From: Parasitella parasitica NRRL 2501
Taxonomy: Eukaryota > Fungi > Mucoromycota
Direction: 5' to 3'
DNA: 64,000 nucleotides
NCBI GenBank assembly: GCA_025201805.1
Contig: MU619322.1
Span: forward strand, 32,972 to 96,971
Notes under the pieces: model-generated
What the model was told of the DNA's origin: nothing
The model's input: the letters and a program-made list of their open reading frames with translations, nothing else
Databases searched by the model: none
Shown: positions 14,167 through 26,600 of the stretch, one piece after another
Position numbering within the stretch: position 1 is the stretch's first letter
Layout: every line of letters starts with the position of its first letter
Position numbers and translations under genes: made by a program

Positions 14167-15979
14167 ATGTCCAATTCGACTCTATCTGATAAAAACGAGG
14201 AAAAAAAAGCAGCTTACAGCGAAGATCCCTTCAAACTTATCGATGATGAAGGTGGCTATATTGAACAGCAAGATTCATTTGATCAACCACCAACTACAAA
14301 ATGGGAATTGTGGAGCTATTATCTGTATTACAATGGAGTAATATGTAATTCTTTCGTTGCCATGGTTACCAACATACTGATCCCCCCCTCTTTGTTTTCT
14401 TAGAATAATGGTTATACGATATATAGCTTCATGCCACTTATATTACAATATTTAGCGTACAGAGGTGGATACAACCCGGAAACGCCAAACATTCGAGGAT
14501 GTGATATGCTTGACACTTCTAAACCATGTAATGTAGCTTGGGGAAACTCGCCCAATGGTATACCAGTATCATCCATGCTTCTCTATGTTCAGGCCATTGC
14601 ATTTTCGATCCAGTTTTTATTATTTACTTCGTTTGGTAGTCTAGCGGATTACGGTCAGTGGAATCGATACATTTTGCTTGGAGCAACCATCATTGGCTGT
14701 GTGTTCCAAGGGCTCCCGATTGTGTTGATCAATGATGATGGCACACACTGGAATGTAATGATGGCCTTTATGATCATAGGTCTGATCTCGTACGGCACTT
14801 CGCTTGTATTTTATGCAGCGGCATTTCCCAATTTGAGGTTGGTCATCCCTTATTTTAAATATTGTGTATTCCTGCGCATGTAAATTAATGTGTTAATGCA
14901 GCGATAATTTGCCTATTGTACTTCGCGCCAAAATGAATCAAAATATCCCAGAAGCTGAACGACAACAGGTAGCAGAGCAGTGGAGAAATCAAGTGTCGGC
15001 TGTCTCGACAACATTTTCAAACATTGGGTTCTTGATTGTATCCGGTGTGCTCTCTGGTGTAGCATTCCTCAGTTGGGAAGGTAAATATGATTTCCCTGAG
15101 GGAGTCAGTCATACATTAGGTAATGCGCCAATTTATAATTACATATCGACTCTTGCTTGTGCATGTTTTTGGGCTGTAAATGCTGTGCCTTACTTTTTTT
15201 TGACGCCACGAGGAAGAAAAGGACCCTCTCTACCACCCAATACCAGCTATCTGACATTTGGATGGAAATCTATAGTCGTGGCATTGAAAGAAGCACGAAA
15301 ACTAAGATATTTATTCATGTATATCTTTGCTTATTTCATATTTTCTGATGCTGTGTCCACAATCGGACAGATACAGACCATCATCCAGGGAGAACTGACG
15401 GCATTCTCAGCACAGCAGAATGCTATCTTTGGCTTCATAACAGCAGTGACATCTATTATCGGCTGCCTGTTCTTTTTGTGGTTGAACAGGAGGTTTAAAA
15501 TAAGAACAAAGACTAGTTTACTGATGATTGTCGTGCTGACGGGTGTTGTTCCTGTTTGGGGCTGTTTCGGCATCCACTTTGACAATTTCGGCATCAAGGT
15601 AAATATATACATCAATCTAAAAATAAAAGTCCCTGTTACTAATTATATGTTCAAACATTAGACAAATTGGGAATTATGGGTTCTCAACGTGTGGTCCGGT
15701 CTATTTACAGCACCCATTTGGGCTTGGCAGCAGACCATGTTGGCAGAATTGGTCCCAAAAGGAAAAGAAAACCTATTCTTTGGGTTATTTGGAGTAGTTA
15801 ATAAGGCATCTTCTTGGATTGGTCCTGTTGTTATTGGTGCCATAACGCAATCAACAGCTAACATATGGATGGGCTGGCCCTTCGTGTTAGGTTTGTTTAT
15901 ATTGGCTACAATCATCATTTGCTTTATTGATGTCGATAAAGCTAAACTGGAATTGGTTGAATATGAAAAGGCTGAATAG
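14167..15979 (+). CDS. ATG22: Atg22-like MFS transporter (vacuolar amino-acid efflux); 4 exons
   Basis: ELWSYYLYY, FGSLADYG, FAYFIFSDAVST and AELVPKGKENLFFGLFGVVNKASSWIGP; about 12 TM segments. Confidence 0.82.
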
Positions 15980-17188
15980 CAGCATTCACCCATCCAAACG
16001 CCACAGCATAAAAATCAAGGGACCCAAACTTCTATTTTATTTCCTTTTTGAGGTAATAGAGTGGCAATGATGTCGATCCCTAAACTATACTCATATAGCA
16101 TAAATTAATTTGCACAGACAAAATATAATGTCAATAAAAGAATAATACTGGCTACGATCCTTTTTTTTTTTTTTTTTTTTTTATTGGGATGCTGTGAAGA
16201 GAACCCGACATAAATGATATCATGGCATACCAAGAAAGCCAAGGCGGTTCCCTAATGTGGAGCTTGTGGCCTCGACTCTTGTCTTATGTAGCAGACATAA
16301 TCCAGGCCGTACTTGACACAATCACAAAACAGACAAAAGTCATGTCGTACATTTTATAGTAAACGTAATAAAGTCAATTAGAAGTGCAAGTTTCAACTTA
16401 AAGGCATATTACATGCACAGGCATAGGCATATTTTATAGATTTCTTTTTTTTTTTTTGGTAAGACAAATGTTCATCACCTTCATCTAGCAACATGTCTTT
16501 CTTTGTCTTGATAAAAGTGATATTGATTATACAAGAAAGAGGCCCACAATCCAATAAAGTTAGAAGTGTGTTACCAACTATTCGTTAAAGGACTGCAACG
16601 GAGAGCCAGCATATGCTGCCATAGCAACTGCGCATGTTGCCTTTTGTATCATTCGTTGTAAGCAAATACATCAGATTGTTCACCATTTCCTTTTTCATTT
16701 CTTTTTTGGTCAGTGCCAAGACAGCATTTTCAAGCGGCCAATCAGTTTATCAGTAAAAGATCTTCAATTATTCCTGTAACCACAACCGAATAGAATGGGT
16801 CTAAACTATTATTTGGCAACCTCTTGCTTCTTTTAGTATAGTTTGGTATCCAGCAGAAAGGGTATTTTGTTTGATTAAATGATGCTATTGAGCGCAGTGG
16901 CAGTGATATTGGGGATTGGATTTGTGGACAGTCAAGTAGACGACGATACAGCTAGAGTCGATCCCACGTGCATACGAATGTTTGTAACTGTTGTATACAA
17001 CGTTTGAAAAATCAGGCCCCGGCCTGAAATCATCAAATAAGGTCTCTTTTTTCGTCGCAGTGGAGATTGTAATTAGCGCTAAATAATGATAATGAATTGA
17101 TCAGTTTATGGAGCGTTTTATATAAAGCACTTCGCCCCAATTTATTTCTCTTTTCTTTCTTCTTTAACGTTTCTGATAAACTCAAAAA

Positions 17189-18135
17189 ATGATGTCTTCC
17201 ATCCCTATTAGCCCTCCTGTAACTCCAAAACATTCTGATGAGCCTCAAACACCACCCTATGATACATTGGAGCTGCCGCCCTCTCTCGAATGCCCATCCT
17301 CTACTGATCTGCGTCGTAAATCAAGCGTGAAAAAATACAGTCGAGCAATGTCAATGTCGTCCTCGCAAGACGTAATTACATTCAGAGATCCCTTTGCAAG
17401 GGAAGGTAATTGCTACTTGTCCGCTGCTGCTAGATATTCACCACCACCCCCATCCAACCGATCTAAATCAATTCCTACTCGATCGCCCTCGCCATCTACT
17501 CGAGGTAGTTTTACAATGGACATCTTTGAAGACGGTGTTATAAGCGGTAATAGAATGAGCAGGAAAAGACGGAATCACCAAGCAGAAGAACGAATGACGG
17601 AAGCACCAGTGACACAAAACCAGCCAATTTTACTGAATACAGAACGCAATGTCAAGAAATCCAAAACTGATGCAGCTGTAGCTTATGACAATGTTGATAT
17701 CACCATGAGTGATGAAACGATCTTTGAAGATCCTGAATGGATACCTGATATGGAAGCGTTTAATACTGTGCCAGCTGTTCGTGTTATCTGGAAAGGTAAT
17801 CATTTCTTTTTCTAATTGGGTACCTTTTTTTGTGTTTCTAAATTTCCATTTCTCACCAAGGCTCCCCATTATCAATCGATAATTTACCTTTTTACGAGTC
17901 ATTGCATCCAGGTGAAGTTCACATAGCCTCGACCTTACGTCTTACACCTGAGCAATATTTGAAATGTCGACGCTCTCTTATCTTGGCTGCTCAGGAATTC
18001 GATAAATTGCATATCCCGTTCAGAAAGTCAGACGCTCAAAAATGCGTACGAATTGATGTCAACAAAACCAGCACGCTTTGGAGTGTATTCAATAGATTAG
18101 GTTGGCTGAGTCCCAGGCCTTCTTCTTCCTCTTGA
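17189..18135 (+). CDS. SWIRM-domain protein (Fun19/YOR338W-like); 2 exons
   Basis: S/P-rich N-terminus, then WKG|SPL, LHPGEVHIASTLRLTPEQYLKCRR and FRKSDAQKCVRIDVNKTSTLWSVFNRLGWL. Confidence 0.88.
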
Positions 18136-18237
18136 AAACTATCTTCTTCTTTCACTCAAACTCATTATCGAAAAAAGAAAAAAAAAAAAAATCCAGGTCT
18201 TGTATGTTATGTAAATATATATTGAAAGTCTTTATCC

Positions 18238-18390
18238 CTCAAACGCCACACAAAATAAACAAAATTACATTCAATATCTTTAATCCCACTCTACATTCTT
18301 TTTACACAGGCCCCTCTATAACACCACACGAAATAAACAAAATTATAATCGGTATCTTTAATTCTAATCTCTATTCTTTTTACAAAGACC
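18238..18390 (+). repeat. Imperfect ~75-bp direct duplication downstream of the SWIRM gene
   Basis: CCACACAAAATAAACAAAATTACATTCAATATCTTTAAT...TTCTTTTTACA is followed by CCACACGAAATAAACAAAATTATAATCGGTATCTTTAAT...TTCTTTTTACA. Confidence 0.75.
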
Positions 18391-18676
18391 TTTAATAAAA
18401 AAACAAAGCTGTACAATATGCCTTTTAAAACTCATGAAGAAAACAGCGTCTGTCATGGTTTTAGATTATTATGAAGAAACATACCATAGATTTATCATTT
18501 AGTATTCATAATGAGACAATGCTTTTTTTGTGCTTAAAGTGCAGATTCATTCAGTTGCTGTTTCTTATATCAGATGAGCTGTCCAACACCCCTTTATTCC
18601 CCCTTGGAATATTCTAATCGCAAGCTCATCCATTTCCTTTTCCCCTTTCTTTTGTCTTTTCCCTCTTCACCGTAGC

Positions 18677-19873
<1,197 letters not shown>

Positions 19874-21145
19874 TAGCATCCCATACGACCCTTGCTACAT
19901 ATAAATGTAATATCACATTCACACATCATTAATTATTCATTGATTACCCACTACTATCGTCTCTCTCTCTCTTTTTTTTTTTTTTTTACAATTATCTATA
20001 TTGAAACACGACGCATCTCGCATGATCTACATAAACAATACTCTTTGAAACTTGAAAATTAACTATTGTCATGATTTCTCAGCCGAAAGACATTGCTATG
20101 AATTTATGATGTTAAGAACAAGGTGTCCACATTAAGATATGTCAAGTTTTAGTATTCGGAGCTGTGGGAGATTTGTATTCGATCTATCAAAAATGAAAAG
20201 CAAAGTGAGGATTGCTTTTGGGGCCATACAACATCCCAGGTACGAAAGTATCAAAACTGTTTCTAGAGCTACTTATCTCGTTCATGGCACGCTCTTAAAT
20301 TGAAAGAAGTAAACAATCACATGATGCACTCACGGTCGCTGCATATTATTTTTTAGCAGATCGACTAACAAGGTGATCAGGAGGTGCATGATATATGATA
20401 AGTACATCTATGTTGTGTAAAAACCAGTCAGTAAAATGAATCTGCCAAAGAGTTACGCTTTTAATAGAAATTTATTTTCTGTATGTACCTATATAAATTA
20501 ACATTATGTGCTGCTATCGTTATAATTTACGACTGTAACTAAGGTTTTTACTTTGTGGAGCATGCGGTGTAAATCCTTATTTTACTCACGCACTTTGCTT
20601 TAGCTCCTTGGTCTGGCTACAAGCCCTCTAGCATGTTATTGATATAACATCATACGTTTTTAAAATAAGTCAGAGTTAGTTCAATGCGATAAAAAGTTAT
20701 TACGATTAGGTTTTTACTGTCAACAAATACTGTCGAATTCAGGCACTGGGTTTAACAACTTATTAAAAAGCTATTATTTAACTGTCCAAGCAAATGATGT
20801 ATACAATTGAAAAAACTAAAATTAGTAAAGATAAATGACAAAATCAGCGGTTTGCCTGCCGTTGCTGGCCTGTTTTCATGAAAAAATGGCATATTTCGCA
20901 GAAAAGTTTCGATATACGCATCTCGTATCAGTCGAATTCGAAAATGCATATAAGAGAGCCTTAATCGTGGCATTATCAGACAGTTATAAAAAAGGTGGCT
21001 TACTTCGTACTTTTACGCAAGGAAACAAGCATTTATGTGTATTATTCCTATTATTATAGTTAGTAAAACTTTTTGAAAGTGCTTTTCAGTGGTGGAGATT
21101 AACGACTTATCAGATAACTATTATTATTATGGTTTTGTGCTAATA

Positions 21146-22410
21146 ATAACTATATATATATCAATGAAAACAATGATTCGATGTTGTCGCCAAATAGTAA
21201 CTAAGTTTTCCAAATTAGATCACGATTCTAGCAGAAATTATGAGCAAATATCTGATATTTATGATAAATGTTGTGCCAGAAAGGCATGAGATTAAGCAAT
21301 TATTAGATTGTTAATTCTTTGTATACAATGACAAGGAATAAGCTACCGTATTAATGTACGATAGAGCATGCAATAAACTTAGTATTACATACCAAGTTCA
21401 ATGTTTAACCATGATGACAAATAGTGTTACAATAGATATAATCTAGTATAAAAAGATGGCATTTTCATATCAATAAAGTCATTAGTTATTATGTCTGATT
21501 TTATTTTTATAAAGTTATACATTTTTTTGAGCAGATTATATTTATATGTCCTCTGGGCACGCATAACAATAAATAATGAAGAATAAAATTGTGTTAGCCG
21601 ATTACTTTTGATAAACAGGTCGCCCAAGCGAAATTAAGTTATGCTCAAATAGCGATGATCATGCCTGTTTTTATGGCGTATAAACAGTGATTATTTCCTC
21701 TTTATCACAGCAGCCCATCAGCGATTATATGCAATTTTGATATGTAAATTTGTGATATCATTTGATAACTTTATAGATATCGATGAAAACATGGAAACCA
21801 AAGTTGTTGTTTTCCAAGTTAGATCTCGGCTCTAAGGTCATTTTAGCACAAGTTATGAGCAAACATCTGACATTTATGATAAATATTGAAAAATAAAACT
21901 GTTTTTGCAGATAATTTTTGATAGAGACATTGCCCTGTGGGAAGCGAGTTTATGCTCATATAGCGATGGTCATGCCAGTTTTTGTGAAGCATAAAACAGG
22001 CTTGATATTGATGTGTCAATTTCGCAACCGGAAGTCAAACTCAAATAAACTCAACCCTGAACACAATTCAGGGACATAACCCAGTGGACTAAGTGCCTTA
22101 CTTATAACTCAACATGACATGATCATGGGCAATAGATACAATCTACTGTTCTATTCTCTAAATCACACCATGTCTCACACTTGTATATTATCCCCCATCA
22201 GTCCACTTAGATCCACTAGTATATAAACCATCATTTTTTCCATGTAATAAACGAGATCTTTACCTGAATAATTCACAATCGTTTTATTTGAAAAATTTCT
22301 CATTCTGACAAATCAGATGTTACTCTGTATTGTAGCGATTATTTAGATTATTGCTTATTATAAAAAATCTCTGCTGTTTCTGCGGATAACTTTATTTATG
22401 TCGATATTTT
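21146..22410 (+). repeat. Degenerate AT-rich tandem repeat, ~310-bp period, about three units, last unit interrupted by an insertion
   Basis: Landmarks recur at about 310-bp spacing: ATAAATA.TGAA.AATAAAA.TG at 21569 and 21879, AGTT(T)ATGCTCA.ATAGCGATG.TCATGCC at 21638 and 21948, and TTATGAGCAAA.ATCTGA.ATTTATGATAAAT at 21238 and 21853 (two periods). Confidence 0.75.
22014..22315 (+). mobile_element. Probable solo LTR (~300 bp)
   Basis: Begins TGTCA and ends TGACAAATCA, flanked by GATG on both sides. Internal TATATAAA followed by AATAAA. The host repeat resumes after it. Confidence 0.5.
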
Positions 22411-22673
22411 CATTTTATAAGAACCAATTGGTAAAATAGCACTTATATTTTGGAATGTTTTGTTAATCTGACAATTTTGTTGTTTGACTGCAAAATGACA
22501 TACATGATCTGATAGCAATATTGATTAAATAAACAACTTCCATCAATCAGTCAAACACTTGATTTTATACCTGGTAAGTTAATAATTTTGTTTTTTTCTC
22601 GTGTTTACCATACAATTCATCTTTGCTGTTGTACTGTTTTCAAGACAACCTGGCACAACTACATTTATTCTGT

Positions 22674-23643
22674 TCATAAAGACACAATCTGAATGAGTTC
22701 TTCTGCTGTGATTCTTCTCTCTTCCCATGAACGGCGTATAGTGGAGACCTCTTTTTGGATCTCTTTTATGAGAATTACAAAACCTTAAAACAATGAGCAA
22801 TAAAATAACATACCCCTTTTAATAGTTGTATTTTTTTTTTTTAGTTGATCTGCTAAGCATCTATTGCTGTTTTGACCATAAACTAACTCGTAACTTGACA
22901 AGTGCTGAAACTGTGGGGGTAAATACCTAATTATTTAAGGAGTGTTTGATAATGTAAACCAACTCTACACTTATCGTAATAAACCTACGGCATATATATT
23001 CCGGATAAAAAGTGAAGATACAGAATGGCCGAAACCTTAGAATATCACGATAAAGCTATTGACAAATTAGGGTTATATGAATGAGAGTTTAGATCATAAA
23101 GTTGAGTTCTTGTCAGTAAGTATGGCCCAGGCAGTTTTACTAGCGTAATATTTGGTTTCTAAAAGGCAACGATATCATAGATTATTCCTTGTCATTGTGC
23201 GCAAAGGCTTACCAATCAAGCAAGGATTTTCTTAATCTCAAATCTTCCTGATGACACAATGAGCCAAATGCTAAATACTATTTCCTCTCATAAGTCTACC
23301 AAACCATCACATCTGCCAATTTTTGCTAGTTGAGGAGTGTAAATAAGAATATTACGCATAGTACTGAAATGCTAATAGGAAGAGCAATCTTCCTGTATTA
23401 CTTGATTGTTTCTAGAAATAACAAGCATCACTCATATAGCAACATATCATCCCAGCCAAAAAATTGTTTTAACTTTCTCCCCTTGTCCTTTCAACCAAGT
23501 CGTTCTTATTCCAATGTAATTGGCTTTATAGGCAACGGTACTAACAGCGACTCTAAAGAAAGCTCATCGCTAAAGTTTGACTTGAACGGGGCTCTTAATT
23601 TTGGTTGTGTCGTGTTTTCTTTTTTCTTCTCTAAATAAAACAT
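22674..23643 (-). CDS. Candidate cryptic multi-exon gene (or pseudogene) of unknown function; exon structure uncertain
   Basis: 3' exons can be joined through GT-AG introns (e.g. GTATGT..AAAG, 22813-22763) into LYRDILRFRPFCIFTFYPEYICRRYLPPQFQHLSSYELVYGQNSNRCLADQLKKKNTTIKREIQKEVSTIRRSWEERRITAEELIQIVSL*. An ATG at 23643 opens MFYLEKKKENTTQPKLRAPFKS. Middle exons could not be phased with confidence. Confidence 0.35.
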
Positions 23644-23684
23644 TTCTTGTCATTTCGAAAAATAGGTGCTCCACACGCTTCACC

Positions 23685-26600
23685 ATGGTATGCTGATGGG
23701 ATGATATCTCATAATCAGTACCAAAGCTGACATCTATTTGATAGAGCAATTGGAATACGCTTAATAATGGATTAACAGCCTCTGTCAAAGATGCTGTAGA
23801 GCTACAAGTAGGCTAATTAAAAGAAAATAAACCTGCGTATATGTTTTAATATTATACCAGGTTGAGAGGCTATTAGAAACATATCAAAATACGCTCAAGC
23901 TGCAACATAAAGGTCAATTTCAATTAGCTAAACAAAAGTACGAAGAACTAGTATCACATCATCTTGTCAAGAAGGAACCGAAACCTGTAAAAGCTGGACA
24001 TTATCATGCACACGCACACCTAATTAACATGTACGTTTTATAGAAAAAAAAGTTTTCAGCAGGAGGATCAACCAGCAAGAACAATATCAGCAGCAGCAGC
24101 AGCAGCAGCGTTAGTGAAGGCAATAAAAATGGCGATCGTGTTGAAGAATCTCCCTTATCTACACTTCGCTTTTTAGTGTTCAAAAATTATGCATCTATTC
24201 TTAAAGACGAATACATGGTAGATCCGCAAGGCAACAAAGCGACAGCAGACAAAGCACTTTTCAATTACCTTCAAGCAGTAGAGATTGACCCAACGGATTA
24301 CTCACTATGGTACTTTATTGGATATCTTTCCCAAAACCTACACAAGCTTCGATTTGCCAGACTCGCTTATGAAACTGGATTTTACATGTCTGATCAGGAA
24401 CGAGCATTAAAGCTACCAACTGTGCGACCCAACGATGCAATGCGAATTATTAACAGTGGAAACTTTACAGTGATGCAGTGGAGATGCTTTGAAAATTTGT
24501 GTCAGGTTTTATACGATATTGGAGACTATCGATTATGCAGTTTTTACGTGGATATTGCATTGAAACGACACCCCAGTTGGGAAGCAGGCTTGCGATTAAA
24601 GATCTGCGTGAACAATGGAGAGGAGCGAGCACCAAATATTGAAGCTTCTACAGCAGACATGCATACAGATCAAATTGATACGAATCCTGTCAAGATTACT
24701 ATCAAGGAATCAGATTGGACACTGTTGATAAAATCACTCTTGAATGAACATAAACGCTTAGCTTTTCAAGATAGTAGCTCAAAAAAAGTGGCCAGTGACG
24801 ACAAAGCAGACAAGGGAAAGACTGACGCCTTATTTATAAGTCATGCTGTCCAAATACATGTTGAAAAAGACGAAGAAGCAGAAGAAGAGAAAGAGACCAA
24901 AGATCACGCAGACCAAACACAGGCGTCAGACACAGCAATACCTGCGGAATCAATAATCCAGGATCCCGTATTACCCAAAGAGCCAATTGTTGTGTTAGAA
25001 AAACCAAATAGCGAAAATGCAACGGATATCGATTCTTTCCTAGGATTCAAGCAGCCTAAAGTTGTTGTAAAAAGGTCTGGTAGTCTTGATTCTTCTTTGA
25101 TCAGCGAACCCAAAGCGGCTATAAAGACCCCTGATACTCAAACAACCGCAGCTGCTTTGGAAGAGTTTAACAATGCTGAATCGAAAATAGTAGAATCAGC
25201 GGTGGATGCAACTCACCAAGACCAGCAATCTAATGCACCCGTATCCTTAATCATAATAGAAGACGAAGATGATGACGAGACGGCTTGTTCAACGGTACCT
25301 GAACAAAGGCCTCTATCGATTCCTGATCTAATAGCGCAGACAGTTGTTCCAATGCCATTACTGTCGCTAGTCTCAAACCCCACCACGAGTGAAAACGATA
25401 TCACAAATGACGTTGAAATGAGAGAAGCCAACTCAAATACGTTGAAACGTAAAAGAGATGACATTGATGATGGCGGTGAAACTGTAGCATCTCAAACAGA
25501 CAAAACCCCTGAAAATAGCAACGATGAGGAGGAAGAAGACGAAGCGGAGGAGAAGAGACTGTCCCTCAGGTAACAGCCGTATTTGGATAATTTATCTAAA
25601 TATAAACTAAACTTCGTTGTCAGAGCGTCCAAACGGCAGCGCGAAAAGATTGCCAATGAAGAAACATCTCGTCTCAAGATGCTCGATGAGGAGAAGCTCT
25701 TCAGCGACAAAGTGCAAGGCTTTTATACCCAGGTTGAACAGATTGCTCAATTGCATCGCAAATTGCCATGGTTTGACGGCACCATAGACCCGTTTTGGGA
25801 TTGGTTTGACAGCAAAATATCGGAATTAGATAGCATTTACTGTTGGGATATTGATACCGCTAACAACACCATGTGAGTTTGTCAGAGTTTTGCTTTATTT
25901 CAGGGGTAAATTGGCTCATAAATTTTTGGCTATTAGCTTTTCTGACTCAAACATTGTGATCGGCGACAACAGTGCTGTTGGTAAAAGCCTACAATTGTTC
26001 ACTACATTGAGACCCTGTAACGATAATGGAAACTTTGAGACCAAAAGCAAGACGACTATCAGGCAATTGATTACAGAGCTCAATTCAAATAACTCTGGCA
26101 TCATCGATAGCCTGTGTAAATTGATTATGACAATCGTATCTCATGATTTGAACACGCAAGACCAAATGATTATGAGTACCGACATGTTGGAGCTAGTGAC
26201 AGACACAGTAAACCAAATGCAATCGAATCTAATCCAAGACATTCTGTCCAATGCAGCGCTGTCTCAGCAACAACGTGTATTTGTAAGTAATGTGCTGGCG
26301 ATGTACAGAGGCGAATCTGACACAAAAAGGTAGATATTCTTGCGTATCAGCGAGTATGCAATTGACCATCTGATCCGAAAAACAATCACTACATTGGATG
26401 AGGTGTCTGCAACTACAGCAAATGCCAGCAAGAAAAGAATGTCTATTTCACTAGCAAAACAGGCCAAGCTCAAGACATTGAACAGCTTGATTGAACAGTC
26501 AACTTTTTGGATCCATCTTGTCGAACAGAGCATCTTTTCCTTATCCTTGGATCGCTTTTGCACAAGCGAAACGTTTGTTACAGCAGAGGACGAGCACCAA

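Noticed and set aside
21146-22410. CRISPR-like interpretation of the recurring motifs
   Set aside because: Eukaryotic context, ~310-bp period, homologous rather than unique intervening sequence, and no cas genes.
23100-23520. Protein-like minus-strand frame with many in-frame TAA/TAG/TGA codons, suggesting recoding or RNA editing
   Set aside because: The stops fall in segments that can be read as GT-AG introns, and all other genes use the standard code, so splicing or decay is simpler.
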